64,000 nt of DNA from Alphaproteobacteria bacterium (GCA_965216755.1 CBDCGL010000011.1:4789306-4853305), one strand, 5' to 3'; shown: positions 1 to 10,642, numbered from the stretch's first letter. Translations and numbers: made by a program. The notes: generated by a model not told the origin, from the sequence alone.

Positions 1-287
1 GACTGGGTCAACTTCCGCCCATCCGGCAGCAAGAGAACCGGGATTCGCCCTTCCGGATTAAAGGCCGTCAAATCCGTCGTGCCGATTCTTATGGTCTCGG
101 GATCGCCCTCGGGCATGGTGAAGACGAGGATTCCACGATGATCTGTCTTGAGACCCGTGCTCACGAATTCTACCAGTGAGGACGGCACGCCGCCGCAACG
201 CAGATAAAGCGACACCCGCATCGAGGCACTGCTGGCCGGATGGTAGAACAAACGGAATGGTCCGAGTTGCGTAGATTTTTCGGTCAT
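1..287 (-). CDS. Glutathione S-transferase N-terminal part (zeta/maleylacetoacetate isomerase-like), runs off the window
   Basis: Not in the ORF track. Manual translation gives MTEKSTQLGPFRLFYHPASSASMRVSLYL...FNPEGRIPVLLLPDGRKLTQS, with SSASxRV, NPxGxIPxL and LTQS GST motifs; GGAGAG lies upstream. Confidence 0.75.
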   Translation of the reverse strand, partial: MTEKSTQLGPFRLFYHPASSASMRVSLYLRCGGVPSSLVEFVSTGLKTDHRGILVFTMPEGDPETIRIGTTDLTAFNPEGRIPVLLLPDGRKLTQ

Positions 288-706
288 CACGTCACATCTC
301 TCCATCAAACGTGATTTGTGAAATTCCGTTCCAGCACACGAAATTAACGATACGAAACTAACTGTTGTCGATTACAGTTTCTGAAACTGGCGAGGAACGG
401 ATCTTGCTGTGATACACGATGTCAACTCCGAATCAATCTTACTCTTGAGCACCGACCTCGGTTTCTGACGGGACCATCACCAAAGCAGCCCGTCGCGCAT
501 GCCGCCGCTCAGCCTAACTCGGTGCCCAAATCAGGCCGCGGAGGCGCAACCATCACCCACGCGTGTGCAACACGGATCCCGGTCATTGGCGATGCTAACA
601 TGGCTCTCACTACCGCTTGTGCCCAACACCCAACTCGGATGAGCTGATATTGCCTGTCGCGTCAGAGGCGCTGTGATCAGTTGAAACCGAGCGACGAGGC
701 TCCGCC

Positions 707-1147
707 TCATCCATCCGGGATGTCGAAAAAACCCGCCGGTGGCCAAGATTCGAAGGTGGGGACGTCGCTCTGCCAGCCACCGTAGTCAGCGGTCTCGCCT
801 GTGAAGATTCGAACGCCCAATCGCACGCCACTGGGTCGGTCTAGGCTACCGCCGGCGATAGACAAGCGTTCCCCCCCGTCACGGCGGAAGAAGAGGCTAG
901 ACCCGCACTTACTGCAGAAGCCCCGACACGCCTTTTCGGAACTCCGATACCAGGCGAGCGCCCCCGCACTGTCATGGATCTCGACGTCAGTGAGCTTGGC
1001 CGCAGTGCCATGCCAAAGCCCACCGCTCACCCGTCGGCAACTCTCGCAGTGGCACTCGATAACATGCCGTATGGGTCCGTGGATGTCGTAAGCCACGGCA
1101 CCGCAATGACAGCGGCCGCTGGCCGTGAGTTCACTTTTCTCATTCAT
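707..1147 (-). CDS. GFA/CENP-V family Zn-binding protein
   Basis: GRCHCGAV, CHCESCRR and RGFCSKCGS motifs; start trimmed to MNEKSELT. Confidence 0.9.
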   Translation of the reverse strand: MNEKSELTASGRCHCGAVAYDIHGPIRHVIECHCESCRRVSGGLWHGTAAKLTDVEIHDSAGALAWYRSSEKACRGFCSKCGSSLFFRRDGGERLSIAGGSLDRPSGVRLGVRIFTGETADYGGWQSDVPTFESWPPAGFFDIPDG

Positions 1148-1507
1148 TTCCAATGTTCCGTCTCCAATGTCCCGTCGGTTAAGCATCGGAGGAGAACAAC
1201 TTAGCATCTCGGTAAGGGATCGGCGCACTTTCTGTTGAAAAGGCATTCACTTTCGCAAAGCGCGAACGAATTGAATGGGCCATTACCCCCGTTTCGCGAA
1301 CGCGACGAAGTCGCCTGCTGTGTTGGTATAAACTGCCGCCTCGGGGGCTTAGGTTAGAAATTGAGAATGCCCCGGTCTTCAAAGAAGCCCGCGGATCAGC
1401 CGTGTTCACGGCCAAACTTGGGAACAGCTTAGAGAATGGGCTCATGTTTCCACGGTCCCGGGTTACGGATATACCTTTGGCTGGAGACAGCATCTATTGG
1501 GTGAGTC

Positions 1508-2686
1508 ATGGGCGAAGCGGTCGCATATGGTGAAGGAACTCTTGAGCGTGGAATCCGATCACGGTTTGTCGATGGGGTTAACGGGCTGACAATTCACCTG
1601 CTCGAGGCGGGTTACGAGAGCCAAGGTCGGCCCGCCGTTCTTCTTCTGCACGGTTTTCCGGAGCTCGCTTACAGCTGGCGGAAGGTGATGCTGCCTATCG
1701 CAGAGGCCGGCTACCATGTCATCGCGCCCGACCAGCGCGGTTACGGTCGGACCACGGGCTGGGAAGCGACCTACGACGGCGACCTGACACCCTTCTACCT
1801 GTTGAATTACGTCAAGGACGCGTTGGCGCTGGTCAACGCGCTCGGCTACCGGTCGGTGGACGCAGTATTCGGTCATGATTTCGGCTCGCCGGTTGCGGCC
1901 TATTGTGCGCTTGTCCGACCGGATGTCTTTCGCGCGGTTGCCTTGATGAGCGCGCCTTTCGGCGGTCCTCCGTCGCTTCCTTTCAATACCGTGGATTGTG
2001 TGCCCGTGTCTTCCGGCGTCCCGATGCAGCTGCACGCGGCCCTTTCGTCCGAAGCGCTGCACGCAGATCTGGCTGCGCTTGCGCGGCCGCGCAAGCACTA
2101 TCACTGGTACTTCTCGACCCCTGAAGCCAACGCAGACATGATGAACTGCCCACAGGGTATCCCTGATTTTCTGCGCGCCTACTACCACTTCAAGAGTGCG
2201 GACTGGAAAAGGAACGAACCTCACAAGCTTGCGTCCTGGACCGCCACTGAGCTGGAAAGGATGCCGACCTACTACATCATGGATCTGGACCAAGACATGG
2301 CGCAGACGGTTGCACCCGAAATGTCGGCGGGCGACGACATCGCAAATTGCGCTTGGTTACCCGACCAAGAGCTTGCGGTATATGCAAGTGAATATGAACG
2401 CAATGGATTCCAAGGTGGACTGCAATCCTATCGCTGCAACACAAGCAAGGCTCACGCGACAACATTGCAGCTTTTTTCTGGCCGCACGATTGATGTGCCA
2501 TCATGCTTTATCGTCGGCAAGAGCGACTGGGGCACGTACCAAAAGCCGGGCGATTTCGAACGCATGCAAGACCAAATCTGCGGTCTTTTTCAGGGTGCTC
2601 ACCTGGTGGAGGGAGCCGGCCATTGGGTGCAGCAGGAACAGCCCCAACAAACCCATAGGATCTTGCTTGACTTCCTCAACCATTAG
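1508..2686 (+). CDS. Alpha/beta hydrolase, epoxide hydrolase type
   Basis: LLHGFPELAYSWRK, APDQRGYG, GHDFGS (Asp nucleophile), GAGHWVQQEQP. Confidence 0.92.
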   Translation: MGEAVAYGEGTLERGIRSRFVDGVNGLTIHLLEAGYESQGRPAVLLLHGFPELAYSWRKVMLPIAEAGYHVIAPDQRGYGRTTGWEATYDGDLTPFYLLNYVKDALALVNALGYRSVDAVFGHDFGSPVAAYCALVRPDVFRAVALMSAPFGGPPSLPFNTVDCVPVSSGVPMQLHAALSSEALHADLAALARPRKHYHWYFSTPEANADMMNCPQGIPDFLRAYYHFKSADWKRNEPHKLASWTATELERMPTYYIMDLDQDMAQTVAPEMSAGDDIANCAWLPDQELAVYASEYERNGFQGGLQSYRCNTSKAHATTLQLFSGRTIDVPSCFIVGKSDWGTYQKPGDFERMQDQICGLFQGAHLVEGAGHWVQQEQPQQTHRILLDFLNH

Positions 2687-2781
2687 CGGTGCCATAAGAT
2701 GTCTGGGCGCGGCATTCGATTGTGTCGCTTCTCTGAAATCAAGAGTGTTTACCCCAGGCGATGGCCAATTGCCGTGCTCTC

Positions 2782-3657
2782 TCAAGCCACACCCAGAGCT
2801 TTGGCGCGCTCGTAGGTGCGCTTGGCCGACAAGTAGCCTGGCATCTCGACAAGGTCGCCATCGACCAATGCACGCGGCATGCCGCGTGCGCGGGCAGCCT
2901 CAAAAGCCTCGATGACGCGTTTGGCCAACGCAACCGCTTCCGGGCTCGGGGTCAGCACCGTGTTGATCGCCGCAACGTGATCCGCCTGCACGGCGCTTTT
3001 CGCCGTATACCCTAAGCGGCGGCCGCTTTCGGCGTCGGCGATCGCGCCTTCGACATCATCCCACGTGTACGGCCGGTCGATCGGCAGTACGCCGGCCGCG
3101 CGGCATTCGACCAGGAAGCGTTGACGCGCGTAATCAAGCTCGATGCCATCCCGACCCCGTTCAGCGCCCAAATCCTTCGCCAAATCCTCGGCAGCCAATA
3201 GCGCTGCCTGAATTCGAGGGCTGGCGGCGACGATTTCGGCCGTACGCACCAATCCGGTCGCGGTTTCGATATTAGGCACCAGCCGTGTGGCGCCGACCTT
3301 GATGCCATGGCTGACTTCGTGTGCGGCGATCGCGGCGTCGAGTGCCACCATTTCGTCGCGGGCGGCGACCATAGGCAAAAGAACAATCTCAGGTGCGCCA
3401 ACCATCGCGGCAGCAAGATCGTGATGTCCGTCGGCGTCGAGCCGGTTGACGCGAACTGCGCTGACGCAGCCGGCTTGTTTCCATGCGGCATAGACCTCGG
3501 GCGCCAGTGCGCGCGCCATTGGCCGCCGCTCAGGCGTTGTGAAATCCTCAAGTTCCTGAATTAGGACGTCGGCGCCGCTTCGCGGCCCAGCCAGCAAGAT
3601 ATCCTTGTCGGCGCCGGGCAAGGCAAGCCAAGTCCGGCAAAGGTCGATCTCTCTCAT
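2782..3657 (-). CDS. CitE/HpcH-HpaI family acyl-CoA lyase (citrate lyase beta/malyl-CoA lyase-like)
   Basis: ELED, VRVN, PNIETATG, AAEDLAKDLG, GYTAKSAVQ and GDLVEMP motifs. Confidence 0.85.
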   Translation of the reverse strand: MREIDLCRTWLALPGADKDILLAGPRSGADVLIQELEDFTTPERRPMARALAPEVYAAWKQAGCVSAVRVNRLDADGHHDLAAAMVGAPEIVLLPMVAARDEMVALDAAIAAHEVSHGIKVGATRLVPNIETATGLVRTAEIVAASPRIQAALLAAEDLAKDLGAERGRDGIELDYARQRFLVECRAAGVLPIDRPYTWDDVEGAIADAESGRRLGYTAKSAVQADHVAAINTVLTPSPEAVALAKRVIEAFEAARARGMPRALVDGDLVEMPGYLSAKRTYERAKALGVA

Positions 3658-4089
3658 CGGCGGCGCTCCGTGGTGCTGGACGAGAAGTAGGCATCAAGAG
3701 CGCCATGATAACCGGTCAGCGTGGCGCCAAACATGCTGGCAATGCAGCTTTTCAATGACATGCGTCTGTCCACTTGTTTTGCAGGACGAAGAAGCGCGAT
3801 TGATACGGCGAATGATTTGGGCGCGAGACCGCGCTCCTAACCCCGAAAGTTGACAAGAGCGCGTGCCGAAAATGCTCGCAGGTCCCATGGCGCGGTTTTC
3901 CGTGCGCCAGGGCAACTCTCGCGGCATGCGTACCGATGGCAGAGGTCGGGTGTTTAGGGATTTGCGATCTCACGCATTCCATCGCCACGATTCCCATTAT
4001 CGACATGCAAGGCGTCGACGCCTGGCAAATAGACAAGGTCAACTTCGTTGCAGAGTACAATCAATGGATGGAGTCCCCCGCATTCGTGG

Positions 4090-4459
4090 ACAGTTACGGG
4101 CTTGCCGATTCAGGGCAATGCCATCGCGGGTGTGCCCGGGGAAGGGCGCGTGTCGATTGACCAGCGTGTCATCCAACGCCAGTTCGCTGATGGTACGCCC
4201 CATCAGCTCAGCGAACCCATCTGCGCGTTCGTCGACATGGCGCACGGACCGATTGGCGAGAACACACTCTTGTCACCGCGCGTGGCGCTCGTCGTTTAGG
4301 GTTTGCGGCTGCTCGAGGCGGTGAGCGGGGCTGGCATTCTGGCTGGTGCCGACCCTGACGATGCGGACCACGACGGGGTCTCAGGCCGCGCGCGCGGCTG
4401 TTGTCGCCATGGCGATGGAGGATCGCGCGGCGTTGCTCGCTTTCCTGCGCTCACTGTGA
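4090..4459 (+). pseudogene. Remnant of a di-heme oxidoreductase (DHOR/thiol oxidoreductase) gene with stop, frameshift and large internal deletion
   Basis: Fragments AIAGVPGEGRV..FADGTPHQL..AHGPIGENTLLSPRVA, then LLEAVSGAGILAGADPDDADHDGVSGR, then directly the C-terminal DRAALLAFLRSL*; no CxxCH left. Confidence 0.7.
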
Positions 4460-4514
4460 GGGTCGCGCGGAATTAGATCAATCTTCGTTCAAACGGCTGC
4501 GCGGGTAGAAACAG

Positions 4515-5672
4515 TCACTTCAGCGATTTTGGCCGTGCGATGCTTGGACTTTGGTCTTGGGCCCAATCGAGAATGAGGCGTTTGTAGATCTCCACTGCTT
4601 TTGGGATACGATCGGCCAAGCAAAATTCGTCGGTTTGGTGTGCCATATGCGTATCACCGGGCCCGAGGATTACGGTTGGCACGTTGTCGAATGCGGGTTT
4701 TAGCACCGCCGCATCAGTAAAGGCCGGAAGCGCTTCAACCTCAGGCGGCCTATCGAGAAACGGCGCGGCGATGCTGAACACACGCTGTATCCATGGATGT
4801 TCCGGGTCGGTCCAAACACTGTTCAAATCGACGTAGGGTTCAATACGGGCAATATCTTCACCCAGATATTGCACGAAGTCGTCTCGGACCGCCTCATGAT
4901 CAACGCCGGGTATTGTGCGAACGTCGACTTCGATCACGGCCCGGTCTGGCACCGAATTGACATTCTGGCCAGCGTGCAAGGTTCCCACGCTGACAGAATT
5001 TGAGCCGAGGTGAGGGTGGCTCGCGATATTGAAATCGAAATCTTCAAGCTTACTGACTGCGCGGGCCGCCTTATTGAGTGCGTTGATGCCCAGCTCAGGC
5101 ATCGAGCCGTGTGCAGTTTTGCCGAGCGCCGCCATGCGCAACCAAAGCGCGCCACGGTGTCCCACCATGGGCCGATTGTAGGTCGGCTCCGCAACGACCA
5201 TTGCACCAACGTTGACTTCTTTTGCGAGCTGGGATCCCAGGGGACGTGAGCCCTCGCATCCCGTTTCTTCGCCCGCCGCCATAATGAGGAGCAGTCCGGG
5301 GCCTTCGTCTAACGTTGCGGCTAGCTCCACCGCCGCGGTTACAAAGCTCGCGATACCGGATTTCATATCGGTTACACCGCGTCCGTAGAGTTTGCCGTCG
5401 ATGAGTTCGCCGCCAAACGGATCCACCGACCAGGGCGCGCCGCCCAGCGGTACCGTGTCAATGTGACCCGCAAAGCAGAGGTGCGTTTCTTCCCCCGTCC
5501 CGCCGCGCCGCGCAACAACGCTGGTGCGCGCGGGCGCAAAGGCATGATAGCTCACCGCGAAGCCGGCATTTGCGAGCAGCTCGCCGAGGAACAATGCGCA
5601 GTCGTGTTCGTCCCCACCTGGATTTATACTTCTTATCGCAACCAGCCGTCTGGTGAGCTCAATGGCATCCAT
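4515..5672 (-). CDS. M20 metallopeptidase, ArgE/DapE-like deacylase
   Basis: GHIDTVP, YGRGVTDMKSG, GEETG, EPT, GKTAHGS, AHQTDE. Confidence 0.9.
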   Translation of the reverse strand: MDAIELTRRLVAIRSINPGGDEHDCALFLGELLANAGFAVSYHAFAPARTSVVARRGGTGEETHLCFAGHIDTVPLGGAPWSVDPFGGELIDGKLYGRGVTDMKSGIASFVTAAVELAATLDEGPGLLLIMAAGEETGCEGSRPLGSQLAKEVNVGAMVVAEPTYNRPMVGHRGALWLRMAALGKTAHGSMPELGINALNKAARAVSKLEDFDFNIASHPHLGSNSVSVGTLHAGQNVNSVPDRAVIEVDVRTIPGVDHEAVRDDFVQYLGEDIARIEPYVDLNSVWTDPEHPWIQRVFSIAAPFLDRPPEVEALPAFTDAAVLKPAFDNVPTVILGPGDTHMAHQTDEFCLADRIPKAVEIYKRLILDWAQDQSPSIARPKSLK

Positions 5673-5872
5673 CGTGACAAGACCCTTGCACAAGAGAACA
5701 CGCCCCAAGACGAGCTCCCGCGAGAACTCGATGATGCAGAAGAGCGCGCCTGAAGATAGTAGCGAATTCGCAAACTGGGAGGAGATAAATGTCACAGACT
5801 ATATCGGCCGGCCCCAATACATCACCGAGGGCAGATCACCGGTAACTTCCGCCGCTCATATCATTCCTTGCG

Positions 5873-7095
5873 ATGGTCGCAGTTCTATTGACATTTGCAG
5901 CTGGGCGACCATCCTCAGCGGTTGCAGTTGATTGGATTTCGGCTTGGTCGGCGAACCCGCATCCGCGTTTCGATTCGGATTTCCTCATTCCGAATCCTCC
6001 TGAATCGCTTGCCAACCGAACCATACGTCAGGTTATTCGCATCAATCTGGATGGCGCGCAGGTTCGAATCGTGATTTCGAATGAATACAACAGCCTGCCG
6101 CTCGATATTGGCGCGGCGACGATTGCGACTGCGGCGGATGAAGGCGATATCGTGCCCGGATCAAGTCAAGCATTATCTTTTTCTGGTGTGCCGGAGGTTC
6201 GTATTCCGCCAGGTTCGCGGATCATCAGCGATCCAGTCGCACGCAACGTTGCGGCTTTCGACATGCTCTCCATAAGCTTTTTCTGCCGAATGAGTCGCGC
6301 CTAGAAACCTATCACTGGGATGGCGTTCAAACCGCCTACATATCAGGGCCGGGTAACTTCACCGCTGAAACAACGTTTAACGCCGAGCTTACAATTACGA
6401 CTCGGATGCTGATGTCCGGCGTCATGGTTGACGCGCCGACCGACGCCCGAGTGGTGGTGTTATTCGGAGATTCGATTACCGATGGCAATTGTTCAACGGT
6501 TGACGCGAACCATCGTTATCCTGACTTCCTAGCAGAACGAATCCCCAGCGAAGGCTTCGAGAATGTAGCGGTTGTAAATGCCGGTATCTCTAGGGCGCGT
6601 CTATTCAAGGACAGTGTGGGGGAAAGCGCCCTTGCGCGGCTTGACCGGGAAGTGTTTACGGAACCGGCCGTCACCACGATGGTCATCATGTTGGGTATTA
6701 ACGATATTGGTTGGTCGGCTATGGGACTAGACCCTTGGAATCCGGTTCCGACAAGCGACGAGATCACGCGGATGTACGAGATGATCATCGACCGGGCGCA
6801 TGTGCAAGGTATTCGGATATTGGGGGCAACTCTGATGCCGTTTGCGGACTTCTTCGAGGGCACGGTCCCCGTCCTGGTTGGGTACTACAGCGAAGAAAAA
6901 AGCCAGATCCGCAAACAGGTCAATGAATGGATCCGTACCAGCGGCGCCTTCGACGGTGTGATCGATTTCGACGCTGCGGTGCGCGACCCGAACAAGCCAG
7001 ACCACATTCGCGCGGACTATGATTGTGGCGATCATTTGCATCCTAGCGATGCTGGCTATCAGGCAATGGCGGAGGCGGCAAATTTGACTTTTTGA
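5873..7095 (+). pseudogene. Secreted SGNH/GDSL hydrolase split by a 1-nt frameshift
   Basis: ORFs 5873-6304 and 6406-7095 join if one T is added to the T5 run at 6278-6282 (FLPNESRLETYHWDGVQTAYIS); motifs FGDSITDG, GINDIG, DHLHP. Confidence 0.8.
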
Positions 7096-7321
7096 TCGGC
7101 AACTGACTTTCGACGCCGGCGGGCGGGCGGCAATGCCGATCGTCCACTGTTGCGGTCTTAACGCAGCCGGGAGTGCACGGTTCTAGCCCGACGATGGGCG
7201 ACCCTGTTCCGTTACTTCTGGGAGTGTTTGTGGTCTGGGACTCGGCAGCGATCTGAATGCGCCGTCACGCCTGCGACGGGCAAGGCCACGTTCTGCCCGT
7301 GTTCTTCTAGGATCTAGCCGC

Positions 7322-8749
7322 CTACGCGGCTTTGCCGCTGGTGGAGGCGTCTTTCGCGGCGATGACCCGTTCCGCCGGAAATCGAACGGTTACGGTCGTT
7401 CCGGCGCCAACCTCGCTTTGTAGCGCCATGGTGCCGCCATGCAGCTCCACCAGCGCTTTTGTCAATGGCAGTCCCAAGCCGGTTCCCTCATATTTCTTCG
7501 CGCGGCTGCTCTCAAGCTGCTGAAAGGGTTCTAGCGCCTTCTGGATATCGTCGGGTGAAATCCCGATTCCGGTATCCGTGACCGTGAGCACGCAGTCTTG
7601 ACCCAAGTGACTGAACATTTTGATGGTGACTTTTCCGCCAGGCTCTGTGAACTTGACCGCGTTTGACACGAGATTCAAAAGAATCTGCTTCAGCCTGCGG
7701 CCGTCGGCGTGTAGTGGGGCAAGGGTGTCACTCAACTCCAGTTTTGTATCGACCTGGCCATTTTCGGCGCGATGCGCAATAAGCGAAAGTGCGAATTCGG
7801 CGATTTCGAGCAGATCAACCTGTTCTTCATTCATTTCTGTTGCGCCGGCCTCAATCTTCGAGAGATCTAGAATGTCATTGACGAGTTCGAGCAGGTGGCT
7901 TCCGGCCGCGTGAATATGTTTAGCCGCATCGGCGTAGTTCGTGTTTCCGACGGCACCAAACGATTCCGACCTAATCAACCCAGAGAAACCAATTATTGCA
8001 TTGAGAGGCGTGCGCAACTCGTGGCCCATATTGGCAAGGAATCGCGACTTGGTGCGGCTTGTTGCGTCAGCTGCGTCGCGCGCGGCCGCCAACTGGCTTT
8101 CTCTCTCAGAATCAACGGCAAGCATTTCGTTGAATGCGCGTACAACCTCGCCAAGCTCATCATTGCCAGGGTCTTTGACTTGACGGTGCGCACCGGTCTT
8201 GGAATTCTCCCGAATTGCAGTTAGCAACTTGCGGAGCGGGCGAGATATGATGAACTGAAATCCGATCGATGCTGTAAGGACAGCAATGCCAAATGCGCTC
8301 ATCATGCCCAACAGCAGAAGATACCCTCTCTGCATCGCGCGTTCGGCGATTTCCAGATCGCTGAACCAAACGTCCAAGTTGGCTTCGCCGTTGCCGACAA
8401 CCAGTGCGAGATGATGTGCCGCGGATTGATTAAGGCATCCAAGTGCCGGCGGGAGTTGACCGATGGTCTGTCCGGTCTCTGTAGATCTTAGTTGAGCGCA
8501 TACGATTGCGCGTTCAGCCGCGAGTGGTGCGAGAAGATCTTGGGCCAACGAGTGGCCCCGAACGGCTTTGTGCTTGGCGAGAGCAATCGCTGTCCTCGCG
8601 GCCAGGTTGCCGACGCGGGCGGCGAGTGCATCGGTCTCCGCCTGCACGTCTTGTGTCATGACCAGCCACGCTCCCGCGCTTGTTACTCCTAAGAATATCG
8701 GTAGGAGAACGCAAAGGAACTTGGCGAATAGTCGACGGTGGAAATTCAC
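7322..8749 (-). CDS. Membrane sensor histidine kinase (2 TM, HAMP, HisKA, HATPase), PleC/DivJ-like
   Basis: FLANMGHELRTPLNAIIGFS, LLNLVSNAVKFT, DTGIG, GTGLGL. Confidence 0.92.
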   Translation of the reverse strand: MNFHRRLFAKFLCVLLPIFLGVTSAGAWLVMTQDVQAETDALAARVGNLAARTAIALAKHKAVRGHSLAQDLLAPLAAERAIVCAQLRSTETGQTIGQLPPALGCLNQSAAHHLALVVGNGEANLDVWFSDLEIAERAMQRGYLLLLGMMSAFGIAVLTASIGFQFIISRPLRKLLTAIRENSKTGAHRQVKDPGNDELGEVVRAFNEMLAVDSERESQLAAARDAADATSRTKSRFLANMGHELRTPLNAIIGFSGLIRSESFGAVGNTNYADAAKHIHAAGSHLLELVNDILDLSKIEAGATEMNEEQVDLLEIAEFALSLIAHRAENGQVDTKLELSDTLAPLHADGRRLKQILLNLVSNAVKFTEPGGKVTIKMFSHLGQDCVLTVTDTGIGISPDDIQKALEPFQQLESSRAKKYEGTGLGLPLTKALVELHGGTMALQSEVGAGTTVTVRFPAERVIAAKDASTSGKAA

Positions 8750-8782
8750 GAGCGGCGAGCCACGATAACAATTGGGTTACAA

Positions 8783-9199
8783 CTAGTTGGTGGGCACAAC
8801 CTTTCCGAGCCGCATCAGTCGTTTTAGCTGCTCGCGATCGTCGACGACCGACTGGAAAACGACGTAAGAACTTGCGCGTGGTGCGACATAAAAATCCACG
8901 TTTACGATGCTACCGTCGTTGTCTTGGAAGTCCGAGCAAAGTACGAAATTATTATCAAAACGTAGAATGGTGGGATGTGCTGCCAATGGATGAAGTTCAC
9001 GAACTTCGCCGGTTTGCCAGTCCATCTGTAGATAGACGCCATCGATCAAAAGTCGCTCGATATGCTGTTGCATGACTGCCTGCAATGTCGCTTTCTCACT
9101 TATCGTGAGACGTTCATTGGCCCATGCATCATGTGCGGGCACGAGCCCATGCGCGGCAACAAATATGACAGACCACAAAAAGACCCAATGGCGTTTCAT
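8783..9199 (-). CDS. Hypothetical secreted protein, probably co-transcribed with the kinase
   Basis: AGGAGG RBS, signal peptide (MKRHWVFLW...AWA), 33-bp gap to the kinase. Confidence 0.75.
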   Translation of the reverse strand: MKRHWVFLWSVIFVAAHGLVPAHDAWANERLTISEKATLQAVMQQHIERLLIDGVYLQMDWQTGEVRELHPLAAHPTILRFDNNFVLCSDFQDNDGSIVNVDFYVAPRASSYVVFQSVVDDREQLKRLMRLGKVVPTN

Positions 9200-9907
9200 C
9201 AATTCCTCCTCTGGTGACACGACAAAGTTTTCCCTAAATGCCATTAAGATATTCTTAGCAAACAGCTAATTGAGATTGCGTCTTATTGTGCCGACGCAGA
9301 AGAGGGCTTGCTCATAACCGCTTGTACTAAGTCGTTTAGGATTAATTAATTAGTGTGGTGCGCCCTGCGGGGCGCGGGCGCACGGCTGGCGGCACATGTG
9401 ACACGGTGGCTGGCGATTCTGGGCTCTCGTGCTTCAAAGATAGCAGTTGGTCGACCGGTCGCGTTTTCGCGATTCAACCTACCAAGACGGCACATCAGTG
9501 GCGTGGAGCGGGTGTTTATCAATCTATGCGCGAAGGGGAAGGACCAACGGTGGGGCGCTGAGAACGAACCCGCTCGCGCAAAAAACGTTTGTGGATCTTG
9601 GGCGCGCTTGCGTTTTCATGGGAACTAAAAGCGGTGGGCGTGGATTTGACGCCAAAGGTAGATGTATAAGAACTAAATAGTGGGGCATAATAAACGCTGG
9701 CTTGGTATTTTAGTTGACGAGTAGGAGGCAACAGGCACCGAACAGATAACATCACCCCTTTGGCGTTGGGCGCCCGTGTCTATTTAGGATCTGCTCTTTG
9801 TGTGGTGGAGTTCGGCGCCGCGGTGAGGTTCCGAACCGTGGCATGAGCATGTGTGAACCGCGCGCGAACCGGGTCGGGAACCTGGTTGTGCCAACGGGAG
9901 TAAGCTC

Positions 9908-10294
9908 ATGAGAAAATTGTCAAAACTGCTGTTCTGTGCCGTGGCTCTAGCCTTGACGGTCCCGGCTGTCGTCGTTGGGGGTAGGGATGCAGCGGCTTCC
10001 ATTGAGATTTGTCGCTCCGAAGCGGATGTAACGCATCTGCTCACGTCCAATGACAGCGGCACAGTTTTGCAACATTACGATCGGACGCAGGCGTTGGCGC
10101 TATCTCGGCATGTCGCATTGCGATCGCTCGAAATCTCGAAGGCCATCGCATATCTTGCGCCGACCGGACGCGCGATCGCACTGGTTTTTTTCGACGTTGA
10201 TGGCTGCATGACGTATAACTCTCACATCGAACTCGATCAGTGGCGCGAAATCGCGGAGAGTCTGGATGTCAACCGCCCTGGTAAGTCTGCGTAG
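9908..10294 (+). CDS. Hypothetical secreted protein
   Basis: GGGAG RBS, signal peptide MRKLSKLLFCAVALAL, two Cys in the mature part. Confidence 0.65.
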   Translation: MRKLSKLLFCAVALALTVPAVVVGGRDAAASIEICRSEADVTHLLTSNDSGTVLQHYDRTQALALSRHVALRSLEISKAIAYLAPTGRAIALVFFDVDGCMTYNSHIELDQWREIAESLDVNRPGKSA

Positions 10295-10336
10295 AATTTC
10301 GGGCCGAACCTGTTTGAGCACATTTCTATTGCCTTC

Positions 10337-10642
10337 CTACTCGTCTGGTTCAGTTGCGAACAAGAGCGGGTATCCCGCGTTGCGGCCGGCTTGCGTGCCG
10401 TTATCGGCTTTCGTTTCTGCTACATCTCTGGTGTAGACGGCGACCACACACGAGCCGCGTTGATGCGCCGTGCTCATCACGTTGAGGGCCTGGTCGTCGG
10501 TCATGCGGAAGATTGCCTTCAAAACGGTGACGACAAATTCGCGCGGCGTGTAATCGTCGTTCAAAAGGATCACCTTGTGCAGGCGCGGCCGCTCTGTTTT
10601 CGGACGCACCTTGGTGCGTGGATTCGCATCTGTACTTGTCAT
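10337..10642 (-). CDS. clpS: ClpS adaptor, ClpS2 type
   Basis: KVILLNDDYTPREFV, AHQRG, AETKA, GYPLLFATEPDE; no adjacent clpA. Confidence 0.93.
   Translation of the reverse strand: MTSTDANPRTKVRPKTERPRLHKVILLNDDYTPREFVVTVLKAIFRMTDDQALNVMSTAHQRGSCVVAVYTRDVAETKADNGTQAGRNAGYPLLFATEPDE

Noticed and set aside
5673-5830. N-terminal extension of the M20 ORF, or remnant of an upstream membrane gene
   Set aside because: Family homology starts at MDAIEL; remnant too short to identify
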